45,256 nucleotides of DNA from Escherichia phage bob: sequence record NC_073072.1, one strand, 5' to 3'. Positions 34,447 through 43,113 of this stretch are shown in pieces. Both the position numbers and the translations under genes were made by a program. The number at the start of each line of letters is the position of its first letter. Positions within the stretch are counted from its first letter, which is position 1. Below the pieces are notes generated by a model. That model had not been told where the DNA came from, did no database searches, and saw only the letters and a program-made list of their open reading frames with translations.

Positions 34447-35028
34447 TCATTTCAGAATCACCGAGCGCGGGTCGATGGCCTTCATGCTGCCGTCTCGTTC
34501 TACCCGGATGAATCCAACGCCGTATTCCCGCGCCTGGCGCTGTGCATTCGTCATGGCATCAAAGCGATTGATTATCTCACGCGTGGCCTGGCGGATCGGC
34601 TCCATCACTTTGCTCGCGTCGTAAGTGGCATACGCGGGCTGCGACTTGCGGAACTCCACGCGCTCATCGCGCTCATGCGGATGGCGATCACGGAGGCTGT
34701 ACTTGCGTCCAACTCGCTCGTAGTTGACCAGCCCGAAATACGTCATGCCCCTCCGTACGTTGCCCGTAACTCCGCCAACGCGGGTCTGCATACGCAGGCC
34801 GTTCCGGTAGGTGCACTCCACGACCCACAATTGCCCGTCGCGAATATCACGCAACACATCGCCGCGCTCAATATCGTGTGTGAGGACTTCGAAGAACTGC
34901 GGCAATGTGCCCTTCGATGCGCGGAATACCCGATCGCTTGCCGCGTGGTGCAAGCGGACGTAGGAATCCAGGGTCTGGATCGGCCGCATTAGGTAGCCAT
35001 CTGCTTTACGGCGGAATAGTAATTTCAT
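34447..35028 (-). CDS. hypothetical protein (193 aa)
   Basis: Natural ATG overlapping stop of upstream small ORF. Confidence 0.55.
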   Translation of the reverse strand: MKLLFRRKADGYLMRPIQTLDSYVRLHHAASDRVFRASKGTLPQFFEVLTHDIERGDVLRDIRDGQLWVVECTYRNGLRMQTRVGGVTGNVRRGMTYFGLVNYERVGRKYSLRDRHPHERDERVEFRKSQPAYATYDASKVMEPIRQATREIINRFDAMTNAQRQAREYGVGFIRVERDGSMKAIDPRSVILK

Positions 35029-35177
35029 TGCTCTGTCTCCTCGATCTCGTAAACAGTTTTCGTATCACCATCGCATACCGTTGCGATGCCGTGGCGTTCG
35101 TAGTCAAGTGCGCACATACGCGGGTCGATATTACCCTGCGAAGACAGCCGCATTAGTTCTCTCTGCATTGGTGTCAT
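35025..35177 (-). CDS. small hypothetical protein (50 aa), speculative
   Basis: GGAG RBS; ATGA-type overlaps with both neighbours; below track cutoff. Confidence 0.3.
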   Translation of the reverse strand: MTPMQRELMRLSSQGNIDPRMCALDYERHGIATVCDGDTKTVYEIEETEQ

Positions 35178-35443
35178 TTGCTCAGTCTCCAGTGTTTGCC
35201 TACCCGCTCAACGGCAGGCTTTCGGCGTAATGTAATACGAATCCCCATTGGTTGCAAGGAAGTCCGCACCCTGAAATCGTGTTGTGCTGCGAACTGGTGC
35301 AAGTAGCGAGTCTGCGTCAGTGGCTTTACGTCATCGCGATAGCACCAGTACACAGAATCCCCCACATTCGCATTCTTAGCCCATATTCGTATGCAATGCA
35401 GGGGAATATGCCACGAAAGCTGTTTTGCTCGTCTACGTCCCAT
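35174..35443 (-). CDS. hypothetical protein (89 aa)
   Basis: ATG 35443 with AAGGGG RBS; stop overlaps next start. Confidence 0.45.
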   Translation of the reverse strand: MGRRRAKQLSWHIPLHCIRIWAKNANVGDSVYWCYRDDVKPLTQTRYLHQFAAQHDFRVRTSLQPMGIRITLRRKPAVERVGKHWRLSK

Positions 35444-35452
35444 TTTGGCCCC

Positions 35453-35758
35453 TTATTTCGCAAGCTGGGTGAATAGCTCACGCTGGGCTTTAATCCTGGC
35501 GACGTTTGTCACTGCCTTATCGCCAATACCGAAGCGATATGCCAGGCGCTCGCGGGAGAATGCACGCGCGTATTCGTGGATTGCCTTCGCCAGCGTCTTC
35601 AGTTCGTCAAGGCTGGCATCAATGCCGTCGAGCGCATACATGATTGCCTGCTGGGCCAGTATTACTACATGCGCCGCGCGGTCTGCGTTGCCGTTCAGAG
35701 CCTTCGCTTCGTCCAGCTTCGCCAGGGCCATTGCGTAATTCCAGATTAATGCTCTCAT
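35453..35758 (-). CDS. hypothetical protein (101 aa), helical
   Basis: Natural ATG; first gene downstream of the 590 bp non-coding region. Confidence 0.55.
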   Translation of the reverse strand: MRALIWNYAMALAKLDEAKALNGNADRAAHVVILAQQAIMYALDGIDASLDELKTLAKAIHEYARAFSRERLAYRFGIGDKAVTNVARIKAQRELFTQLAK

Positions 35759-35779
35759 CGTTCAGTCCTCATGTTGGTG

Positions 35780-35821
35780 TGCAACCAATATAGCAAGGTG
35801 CCAGGGCGAATGCAACCAATA
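35780..35821. promoter_or_regulatory. pair of TGCAACCAAT motifs upstream of minus-strand gene 35758
   Basis: Copies at 35780-35790 and 35811-35821; a further TATTGGTTGCC at 35901-35911. Confidence 0.5.
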
Positions 35822-35970
35822 TTAATCACGCGCATGAAAAAGTTGATCGCTATCTGCTGCAACTGCAAACTGCGTTTTTCACTCAGCATAGTGCATCTCG
35901 TATTGGTTGCCTAGTTCATCCGCGACCGCACTTCACATCATGCTGCCGTGTATTTTGCAATCTCCGGATT

Positions 35971-36158
35971 TTATTCAGTCTCAGACGAGGGGGGCCACTG
36001 ACCCCCGTCTAGTCTGAAAGACTGGGGTGCTGTCCCGCTGTCCCGCTCCTCTGGAAGCCGCGCCATCCGGGGCGGGACGGGGGTGCTGTCCCGCTTTGTC
36101 CCGCCCCTAGTCTGTCCCGCTTTTTGTCCCGTTTGGTTTATGCAGTTTTATTGCATAA
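35971..36158. repeat. copy B of the ~180-190 bp dispersed element
   Basis: Same hairpin GACGAGGGGGGCCAcTGACCCCCGTC and six GTCCCG iterons; aligns with 19556-19745. Confidence 0.8.
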
Positions 36159-36182
36159 CTATTCATTACATCCACATTACAC

Positions 36183-36302
36183 GGCAACCAACGCGACTGG
36201 ATAAAAACACTCAAAATGGCAACCAATGCGCGCAAAATTTAGTCTTTTAGCGATATGGGAATCCACATATCGGCAACCAATGCGCGCAAAATTTAATCTT
36301 TT
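36183..36302. repeat. iteron-like direct repeats GGCAACCAA(T/C)GCG(CGCAAAATTTARTCTTTTA) next to an AT-rich tract; candidate replication origin
   Basis: Three copies starting 36183, 36217, 36271; the last two are 32 bp near-identical; AT-rich 36136-36180. Confidence 0.45.
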
Positions 36303-36345
36303 AAATCGTCATCGGTCGCCGAAAGCGTGATGGGTATATTCGTTT

Positions 36346-38634
36346 TTATGACAATATTCGACGACCCATAGATGGCTCCGGTGTGTGGGTCTGTATAAAA
36401 ACCGAGTACGCCGCGCTCGACCATATCGTCGATTGCCTTCGTCGATGTGCCACCTTTCGCAAGCCCAGCCTGGCGGACAATTGCCGATTTACTGAATCCG
36501 GTATGGTCCGGGTTATCTTCGATGTGCCACCTTTCGCAAGCCCAGCCTGGCGGACAATTGCCGATTTACTGAATCCGGTATGGTCCGGGTTATCTTCCAT
36601 CAGTTTTTCCAGCGCTGCATAAAGCACTTTCTCTTTTTCGTTGCGCGGTCCTGCTGCGTTCTCTTCCTTAACTGCTGCCTTGCCAGCGGCCTTCGCCTGT
36701 TCGATGGCGAACGGTGCCAGGGCGACCGGTACGAGGTAAAGAGTCTCGTCGCGTGGCGTGGAGGCAATTGGCTTGACGTCCCAACCGGCAACTACATCGC
36801 CGAAGTCCGGCCCGGTGCTGGTGGACTGGTGTGCCTCGAACGCCTCGGACTTGCGGAGATCCACCTTAACTTTGCACTTGAGCAGGACGAAGCCACGCGG
36901 CGCTTGCTTGATGCCGTTACGTGACTTCTCATGATACAGGTTCAATTGTCCGGGCTGGTTGTCGTCCGGCTGTTCCAGGAAGAACGCAGAATCGACAGCA
37001 CCATGCAGCGCGCCGGACCCGCGGGGAGATCTGCTGCCGTTTGAACCTTTCGCCGGGTGGTGGATGACGCCCGCACTGCCGCCTGTATTTTCCGCAATGG
37101 CCTTCAGCGCTTTGACCACTTCGCCCATATCGCTGGCGTTGTTCTCGTCGAACGGTTTTGCATCGGCGGACCGCAGCGCAACAGTCTGGTTGAGTGAGTC
37201 GAACGCCACCAGGCCAACCGGCTCGCCGTTAGCGGTGCGGTTGATGAAGCTGATAACTTCACGCAAGCCAGATTTGCTGGTGATATCCCATCCGCGTGAT
37301 TGCAGATCGATAATGTGCAGCTTGTCCAGGTCGTGCTCATATTTGATCTGCAGTGCTTCTTTACGCTGGTTGGAGGCCTCACCACCTTCCGCATCGAAAT
37401 AGAAGCAATGAGACTGGACGACCTTCGCACCGCCGAACGGAATACCGGCAGATACTGACGCCATCTGGCCCAGCACGTAGAACGACTTGCCAATGTTCGA
37501 TTCGCCAGCCATATACCAGGTCGATTTGAAGTTGACCAGGCCTTCGATGATCGGGTCGTGCTTACTGAACAGTGCGACCGGCTCGTTGTCCAGGTCTGCA
37601 TCAGTACACACGCCGTACTCGTCGCCGTCTCCGACCGCATCAACGATATGTTCATAGCACGATTCCACTTCCTCATCGTCCAGTCCCGGAAGGATGGCGG
37701 CGATTTGCTTACGTGACATGTTGTGCGGCTCGACGTTCAGGTGGTCCGGGATCCCGATAAGACGTAGCGCCAGGTGCTGGTGTCTGTTCAGTTCCGAGCA
37801 ACACTCGTTGCCGGTGTGCATACACTTGAAACGGATCTCGCCATCCTTAACCATGATAGCGGTGGACCCTTCGCCGCTGTGCAGGTGTTCGTTCGGGCAT
37901 GGCACTTCATAACCACGACCAGACGACAGCGGTTCGAATCCCGCCTGGAAGCACCAATCCAGAATACCGTCCGCCACACCATCATCGCCCTGGGTCAGTT
38001 CGCGGCGTACTTCCTCTTTCTCGACTCCCAGCTTGTCCGCCAGGCGGAGAAGACGACGGACGCGGGCGCGCTTGCCGTAGTGGCACTTAACGACAGACTG
38101 CTGATGTGGCAGGTACATAAGGCGGTTTGTGTCTTTTGTACAGTCGTCGAAGTCCACATCTGACAGACCAAGTTGGTGTAATAGCGCATACTGGACACGG
38201 CCCAGGTCTTCAGCCGGTACAGGCTTGTCCGTGAGTACCAGGAATCGAGCGCAACGCGTGCCGCCTTTCAGCGGGTGGCGGTCGCCGGTTGTGGTGTGAA
38301 ATACGTGCTCCAGCCCCGCGTCGATGAAAGCCTTACGGCAGCGGCGTAGGGTGCGGGTGTCGGTACGGTCAATATCGAAGAACAGGATCGAGCGGTCCAC
38401 CGCACTGGTCTTGCGGCGTAAGCCGTCACTGGTATACGCTACGATGCCATCGGCCTTACGCTTGCGGCGCGCATACTCGGCTTTATCTTCCGTCTTGTTG
38501 ATATGCACCGACGATATCTCTTTCGCATCTTTGATAAATTCGAAAAATTCATCGGTCGTCATCCGGAAGTTTTCCGCCCTGGCTTTTTCGCCTTTTTTAG
38601 CGGGTCGTGTTACAGCGAATTTAATTAAGCTCAT
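36346..38634 (-). CDS. primase-helicase (AEP-type primase N-terminus, Zn-binding middle, P-loop helicase C-terminus), with an altered C-terminal tail
   Basis: 762 aa; FFDIDRTD primase-like, CPNEHLHSGE...CMHTGNEC, Walker A GESNIGKS, Walker B LVAFDSL; 3' end carries a 77 bp tandem duplication. Confidence 0.8.
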   Translation of the reverse strand: MSLIKFAVTRPAKKGEKARAENFRMTTDEFFEFIKDAKEISSVHINKTEDKAEYARRKRKADGIVAYTSDGLRRKTSAVDRSILFFDIDRTDTRTLRRCRKAFIDAGLEHVFHTTTGDRHPLKGGTRCARFLVLTDKPVPAEDLGRVQYALLHQLGLSDVDFDDCTKDTNRLMYLPHQQSVVKCHYGKRARVRRLLRLADKLGVEKEEVRRELTQGDDGVADGILDWCFQAGFEPLSSGRGYEVPCPNEHLHSGEGSTAIMVKDGEIRFKCMHTGNECCSELNRHQHLALRLIGIPDHLNVEPHNMSRKQIAAILPGLDDEEVESCYEHIVDAVGDGDEYGVCTDADLDNEPVALFSKHDPIIEGLVNFKSTWYMAGESNIGKSFYVLGQMASVSAGIPFGGAKVVQSHCFYFDAEGGEASNQRKEALQIKYEHDLDKLHIIDLQSRGWDITSKSGLREVISFINRTANGEPVGLVAFDSLNQTVALRSADAKPFDENNASDMGEVVKALKAIAENTGGSAGVIHHPAKGSNGSRSPRGSGALHGAVDSAFFLEQPDDNQPGQLNLYHEKSRNGIKQAPRGFVLLKCKVKVDLRKSEAFEAHQSTSTGPDFGDVVAGWDVKPIASTPRDETLYLVPVALAPFAIEQAKAAGKAAVKEENAAGPRNEKEKVLYAALEKLMEDNPDHTGFSKSAIVRQAGLAKGGTSKITRTIPDSVNRQLSARLGLRKVAHRRRQSTIWSSAAYSVFIQTHTPEPSMGRRILS
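36443..36596. repeat. perfect 77 bp tandem duplication inside the primase-helicase coding region
   Basis: 36443-36519 and 36520-36596 are identical; 77 is not a multiple of 3, so the second-read copy is translated in a shifted frame. Confidence 0.85.
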
Positions 38635-38644
38635 TGCCGTTGCC

Positions 38645-38974
38645 TTACTTAGAAGTTTTATTATTGCGTACCCAGGAGCGCACTGTGCTCTGATTAATTC
38701 CGGTCAACTCGGCAATCATCGCCCAGGATTTGCCCTCGGCGCGCAAACGGATAACCTGTTTTTTGTATTCTTCCATTTCTTCATTGTGCTTTTGCAGCTT
38801 GCTTGCTGCCGTGCCGTTGAGCAATTCCAGCCTGGCGCGTAATTCTTTTTCGGTAAGTCGCAGACGTTCGATTTCAAATAGCACCGCACCCACGGCATCG
38901 GTATACGCCCAAGACCGGCTTGTCTCACTGCAAACAGTCTTAGTTAACATTTCGATTGCGTCGTCGATATTCAT
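38645..38974 (-). CDS. HTH DNA-binding protein (putative regulator)
   Basis: 109 aa; C-terminal KSWAMIAELTGINQSTVRSWV helix-turn-helix; GGAG RBS; first gene of the leftward early operon. Confidence 0.6.
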   Translation of the reverse strand: MNIDDAIEMLTKTVCSETSRSWAYTDAVGAVLFEIERLRLTEKELRARLELLNGTAASKLQKHNEEMEEYKKQVIRLRAEGKSWAMIAELTGINQSTVRSWVRNNKTSK

Positions 38975-39104
38975 TTTTCTGTCTCCGGTTGGTTAATGAC
39001 CAACGAAACTACACCTAAAACCGCAGGGTGTCAACTTCTTTGGAATATTGAAACGGGCGCGCACGCGTGTAATAATACTCCCGTCTCATTGTCTCTTATT
39101 GGTT

Positions 39105-39140
39105 AGCGCCGTCGCATTTTGCTTCGGCGCTTTTTTTTTT
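39105..39140 (+). terminator. hairpin plus T10 tract (terminator-like, or UP-element-like T-tract for the adjacent promoter)
   Basis: AGCGCCG-(13 nt loop)-CGGCGCT then T10 at 39131-39140, 12-21 bp upstream of the -35. Confidence 0.4.
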
Positions 39141-39151
39141 GAAATTAGTTG

Positions 39152-39181
39152 TTGACACCCATCCTGCAACCAATCTATTAT
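39152..39181 (+). promoter_or_regulatory. sigma70-type early promoter (TTGACA-18-TATTAT)
   Basis: Consensus -35 TTGACA at 39152-39157, -10 TATTAT at 39176-39181; a GCAACCAAT motif lies in the spacer. Confidence 0.6.
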
Positions 39182-39377
39182 TCACCCCGTCGACAGGATG
39201 CAGGACGCAAACTGGAGAGGGGCAACGCAGGGGCCGGATCGAAGTGTCAGGATTCCCAACCGTGATTATATAACCCGGTCCACTACCCGAACGGGAGAAC
39301 GCGCAACCGGGCAATATGTTAAGGCCACCGACGAAGTTAACTGCCGACACCTAAACTTAACCAATCGGAGATATACC

Positions 39378-39899
39378 ATGTTTGAGCAAATCGTAAACCT
39401 GATCACTCGCGGCGTAGTAGCACTGGAAACCATCGCTAAGCATTATGAAACCGTTGGCGCTGCCGTTGGTAAACAGGAAGATAAGAAGCCGTCTAAGGCG
39501 AAAAAAGAAGTTGTCGAAGATGACGACGATGAAGCTGAAGACGAAAAACCGGCTAAATCTAAAAAAGCACCGGCGAAAGGTAAGGCTAAAAAAGAAGTCG
39601 TAGAAGATGACGACGACGATGCCGAAGACGATGCCGAAGACGAAAAACCGGCTAAGTCTAAAAAAGCGAAAGGCAAAGGTAAGAAAGATGCCGATCCGCT
39701 GGCGGAGATGCGCGACGAAATCAAACAGTATGCCGCGATTATTGCGGGTGGTGATGACGACGACGCGAACGACGAATTCGACGACCTGCTGGAATCGTTC
39801 GAGATCAAATCAATCGCCAAGCTGGAAGATGACGACGTCGAAGACTTCCACAAAGAGCTAAAAGAAATCGTCGAAACCTATTTCGAACTGGAAGATTAA
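39378..39899 (+). CDS. highly acidic low-complexity repeat protein (first gene of rightward early operon)
   Basis: ATG 39378 with GGAG RBS; repeats KKEVVEDDDDEAEDEKPAKSKKA; an in-frame upstream ATG at 39198 is a possible alternative start. Confidence 0.6.
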   Translation: MFEQIVNLITRGVVALETIAKHYETVGAAVGKQEDKKPSKAKKEVVEDDDDEAEDEKPAKSKKAPAKGKAKKEVVEDDDDDAEDDAEDEKPAKSKKAKGKGKKDADPLAEMRDEIKQYAAIIAGGDDDDANDEFDDLLESFEIKSIAKLEDDDVEDFHKELKEIVETYFELED

Positions 39900-39947
39900 T
39901 ATATTCCGGCCCGCAGATTAGCGGGCCTCTTTTTAGAGGACGAGACA

Positions 39948-40199
39948 ATGGCACGCTTCACGCTAATCGAGGCGGTGGACTCCCGCGACCAACGCCCTTA
40001 TTATTGGCTATTCGAACGCATCGGCAACTTTCAGTCACGCGTTGCCGTAATAGATAAACGCCGCAATACTCCCGCGCAAATTAAGCGCACCACCTTTATC
40101 AATCCTGACTTTTATATTTGGGCTGATTCCAATCTGGAATATGTTCGCTTCGCCGTTGCATCCGAAGCAAGAACAATTGACCGCTGGGAGACAAAATAA
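39948..40199 (+). CDS. hypothetical protein (83 aa)
   Basis: Natural ATG; stop overlaps next start (TAATG). Confidence 0.5.
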   Translation: MARFTLIEAVDSRDQRPYYWLFERIGNFQSRVAVIDKRRNTPAQIKRTTFINPDFYIWADSNLEYVRFAVASEARTIDRWETK

Positions 40200-40377
40200 T
40201 GAAATTCTTCGTCATGGCAACATGCCACGAATTAAACGATCACACTTCTTTTATTGTTGAAAACACCAACGCAAGCAATTGCTTTGTGGACGCGCAAAAT
40301 GAAGTTAAGCGCCGAGTCGAAAAAGCGGGCCTGGCTAATGTGAAATATGTAATTGTCCAGTTTACACGGGTGGAATA
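40199..40377 (+). CDS. small hypothetical protein (58 aa)
   Basis: Tightly packed between two genes with overlapping stop/start codons; below track cutoff. Confidence 0.4.
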
Positions 40378-41775
40378 ATGGCGATTAAACCAAAACGTAA
40401 AACGCAATCCGGTAGCAATACGGAACACTCATTACTCGGGCCATCCGGTGCTAAAAAATGGATGGGTTGCCCTGCCGCCCTGGTGGTAGAAAAAGATATC
40501 CCGAACGAATCCGGGCAAGCGGCGATTAATGGTACGAGTATGCACACCGTATCTGAAGTCGTGCTCAACCGCATTATCGCCGGTGAGAAGCTGATAACCG
40601 CGAAGACGTACAAAGGGTGTTACGTCGAGAACGAAGGTAAGGGGCCGGTAAAGGCGCACCCGAAAGCACCGAAAGGCGGCGTGCTGGTCAACGACGACAT
40701 GGTGAAACAGTGCGACGCATACATAGACCACTGGCGACCGCTCCTCGAAGTGGCGGAGTTTGTTCAGCTTGAGATGCGCGCCGATCTTACCCGCGTCCTA
40801 CACTCTGGCTTCGAGATCGACGGCAACCGGGTTAAGACGTTCGGTACTGCCGATATGGTCATGGTCATGAAGAAGACCGACGGCACGTACATGCTGATTG
40901 TTGGCGACCTGAAGACGGGACGGCATAAGGTCGAGGCGAAAGAAAACAAACAACTTATGTTGTACGCGCTCGGCCTGCTGCGCAAGCTGCAAACCATGTA
41001 CGACATTACGACCGTGCGCCTGGTCATCTTCCAGCCGTATTGCGGCGGGGCGTCAGAGTGGGATATCTCAGTGGAAGCGCTGGAGATATTCGCGAAGTTT
41101 GCGGCCAAGCGTGCTATCGCCGCGCTCGATGCATACGCCCGTGGCAAGAAGGGACTGACCCGCGCTGACTTCCGACCCAGCGTTGATGCGTGCCAGTGGT
41201 GTCGATTTGCGGACCAGTGTAGTCCCCGCGCTAAGGCTGCAATCGACACGATGGCCCCACCAACGGCAACAGACGAAGACCTGGCGGACGAAGCACTGAA
41301 GCCAACCGACTGCGAAGCCCGCAAAGCAGCACGACGTGCGAAGCGAGGCAAGAAAGAAGCGGCCCCCGGCGCTATGAGCGCGGCGGAACTGCGCAAGGCA
41401 TATGAAGGTCTTGACGCAATGCGCCAGCACATCAAGGCTATCGAGTACGCGGTATTCAAGGCGGTCATGGCGGGAGATGGCGAATCGCTGGGCCTCAAGA
41501 TGGTTGCCGGTAAGGAAGGGATTCGCAAGTGGGCAGACGAAAGCGAAGTGATTGAAATCTTCACGAAGGCCAGGATCAAGCGCGATGTGATGTACAAAGA
41601 AACATTGCTCAGTCCTACGGATGCCGAAAAGGTACTGAAGGACGAGAAGCCGAAAGTATGGGCGAAGCTGTGTGATAAAATCACGCGCGCACCGGCAAAA
41701 CCGGTATTAGCACCAATCGACGACCCGCGCCCTGCGTGGTCTGAAGCTACTGACGAGGACTTAAGCAATGAATAA
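40378..41775 (+). CDS. PD-(D/E)xK exonuclease, Cas4/RecB-like (DUF2800-type)
   Basis: 465 aa; N-terminus LLGPSGAKKWMGCPAAL...GTSMH; C-terminal Cys cluster CQWCRFADQC typical of Cas4-like nucleases. Confidence 0.7.
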   Translation: MAIKPKRKTQSGSNTEHSLLGPSGAKKWMGCPAALVVEKDIPNESGQAAINGTSMHTVSEVVLNRIIAGEKLITAKTYKGCYVENEGKGPVKAHPKAPKGGVLVNDDMVKQCDAYIDHWRPLLEVAEFVQLEMRADLTRVLHSGFEIDGNRVKTFGTADMVMVMKKTDGTYMLIVGDLKTGRHKVEAKENKQLMLYALGLLRKLQTMYDITTVRLVIFQPYCGGASEWDISVEALEIFAKFAAKRAIAALDAYARGKKGLTRADFRPSVDACQWCRFADQCSPRAKAAIDTMAPPTATDEDLADEALKPTDCEARKAARRAKRGKKEAAPGAMSAAELRKAYEGLDAMRQHIKAIEYAVFKAVMAGDGESLGLKMVAGKEGIRKWADESEVIEIFTKARIKRDVMYKETLLSPTDAEKVLKDEKPKVWAKLCDKITRAPAKPVLAPIDDPRPAWSEATDEDLSNE

Positions 41776-42010
41776 AGTATTTGCAATCTTATTGATGTTT
41801 GTTATCGGCGCGCTGGGCTTTATCCTGAATTGTGTGCAAGGCGTGTTAATGGTGGCGTGGATGGTTCGACATCCGACCCGCTGGCTGGATGACGGTTATA
41901 GCGAAGCTGCCGCCGATTGGGTGGAGAAGAACATCGACCGCCCGCCGTTAAGCTGGATCGAGAACGCCACCAACTACGTGACCAGAAATCTTTTTAATGA
42001 AAATGCTTGA
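41768..42010 (+). CDS. small membrane protein (80 aa)
   Basis: TMD FAILLMFVIGALGFIL; start overlaps upstream gene end. Confidence 0.5.
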   Translation: MNKVFAILLMFVIGALGFILNCVQGVLMVAWMVRHPTRWLDDGYSEAAADWVEKNIDRPPLSWIENATNYVTRNLFNENA

Positions 42011-42100
42011 CCGCTTAGGCGCAACCAAGTAGATTAGCAACCAAGCCGGACGGGGTGGCTTCCAATAACCCCGATACATGTGAAAATGAGGAATTGGAAA

Positions 42101-42883
42101 ATGGCTAAAGTCAACCTGAAAAATGTGCGCGTATGTTTCCTGAAAATTTGGGAACGTGATACCCCTAAACAGGATGGGCAAAAACCGGCATACCGTGCCG
42201 TGATTCTTCTTGATAAAGAAGATCCGCAGGTGGACAAAGTGGAAGAGGCAGCGCGCGCAGTGCTCACCGACAAGCTGAAGTCCGAGAAGAACGCCGATAA
42301 GTGGATGGACCGCCACTACGCCCAGGATTCGAAGGAATGCGCAGTTCGCGACGGTGACGAGCGCGACGAAGTGACCGAAGAATTCGAAGGCATGTTGTAT
42401 ATCAACGCCAAATCGTTCAAACAGCCTATCATTCAAACGTCACTCGGCGAGAAGCAGACTGAACAAGGTCTGACCATCGACGGCGACGAGATTGAAGGCC
42501 AGGAGATCTACTCCGGTTGTTATTGCAACGTGTCCCTTGATATTTGGGCATGGAACAATACCAACGGCAAGGGTCTCGGGGCTGGCTTGCTGGGTCTGCG
42601 ATTCCGTGAAGACGGCGAAGCCTTCGGAGGTGGCGGGTCTTCTTGCTCCGATGAAGACCTGGACAACGACGACGAAGACGAAGCACCGCGCAAGTCCAAA
42701 AAGTCAAAACGTCGTGATGTCGATGATGTAGATGACAAGCCGCGCAAGTCCAAGAAATCCAAGCGCCGCGATGACGACGACGATGAGGAAGATGAAAAAC
42801 CTCGCAAACGTCGTAAGCCACGCGATGACGAAGATGAGGACGACGACGAAGACGAAGCGCCACGTAAACGTCGCCGCCGTTAA
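42101..42883 (+). CDS. ssDNA-binding protein, T7 gp2.5-like (DUF2815-type), with charged repeat tail
   Basis: ATG 42101 with GAGGA RBS; MAKVNLKNVRVCF N-terminus; three C-terminal repeats DEAPRKSKKSKRRD. Confidence 0.65.
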   Translation: MAKVNLKNVRVCFLKIWERDTPKQDGQKPAYRAVILLDKEDPQVDKVEEAARAVLTDKLKSEKNADKWMDRHYAQDSKECAVRDGDERDEVTEEFEGMLYINAKSFKQPIIQTSLGEKQTEQGLTIDGDEIEGQEIYSGCYCNVSLDIWAWNNTNGKGLGAGLLGLRFREDGEAFGGGGSSCSDEDLDNDDEDEAPRKSKKSKRRDVDDVDDKPRKSKKSKRRDDDDDEEDEKPRKRRKPRDDEDEDDDEDEAPRKRRRR

Positions 42884-42902
42884 GGGCAAAGCCCACTATT
42901 CA

Positions 42903-42925
42903 AGCCCGCTTAATGCGGGCTTTTT
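42903..42925 (+). terminator. rho-independent terminator
   Basis: AGCCCGC-ttaat-GCGGGCT followed by TTTTT, 20 nt after the SSB stop. Confidence 0.65.
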
Positions 42926-42942
42926 AATAGGACAATGAAAAA

Positions 42943-43113
42943 ATGCGTATTAAAGCCAGCGAAGTAAAAGTCGGAATGAAAGTATGGTCTAAGCTACTGG
43001 GGGAGTATTTCACAGTTGCCGAGATTCGCAACAACGGCGAAGAGATTGCCCTGTCTGACGGCATCTTCTCCATGATCGGCAGCGCTGACGCCGTAGTGAG
43101 GATAAAGCAATGA
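42943..43113 (+). CDS. small hypothetical protein (56 aa)
   Basis: ATG 42943; stop overlaps the polymerase ATG (ATGA); below track cutoff. Confidence 0.4.
   Translation: MRIKASEVKVGMKVWSKLLGEYFTVAEIRNNGEEIALSDGIFSMIGSADAVVRIKQ

Noticed and set aside
36443-36596. Reading the 77 bp duplication as a genuine protein-level repeat
   Set aside because: The unit is not a multiple of three and the copies are identical at nucleotide level, so the second copy is translated in a different frame; this is a DNA-level duplication.
39198-39377. Longer start (ATG 39198) for the acidic early protein
   Set aside because: Would begin only ~10 nt after the predicted transcription start with a poor RBS, and the added 60 residues are low-complexity basic sequence; ATG 39378 has a GGAG RBS. 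Kept as a noted alternative.
40764-41786. Minus-strand 340 aa ORF overlapping the Cas4-like exonuclease
   Set aside because: Antisense to a domain-supported CDS; Ser/Ala-rich composition; no plausible start context.
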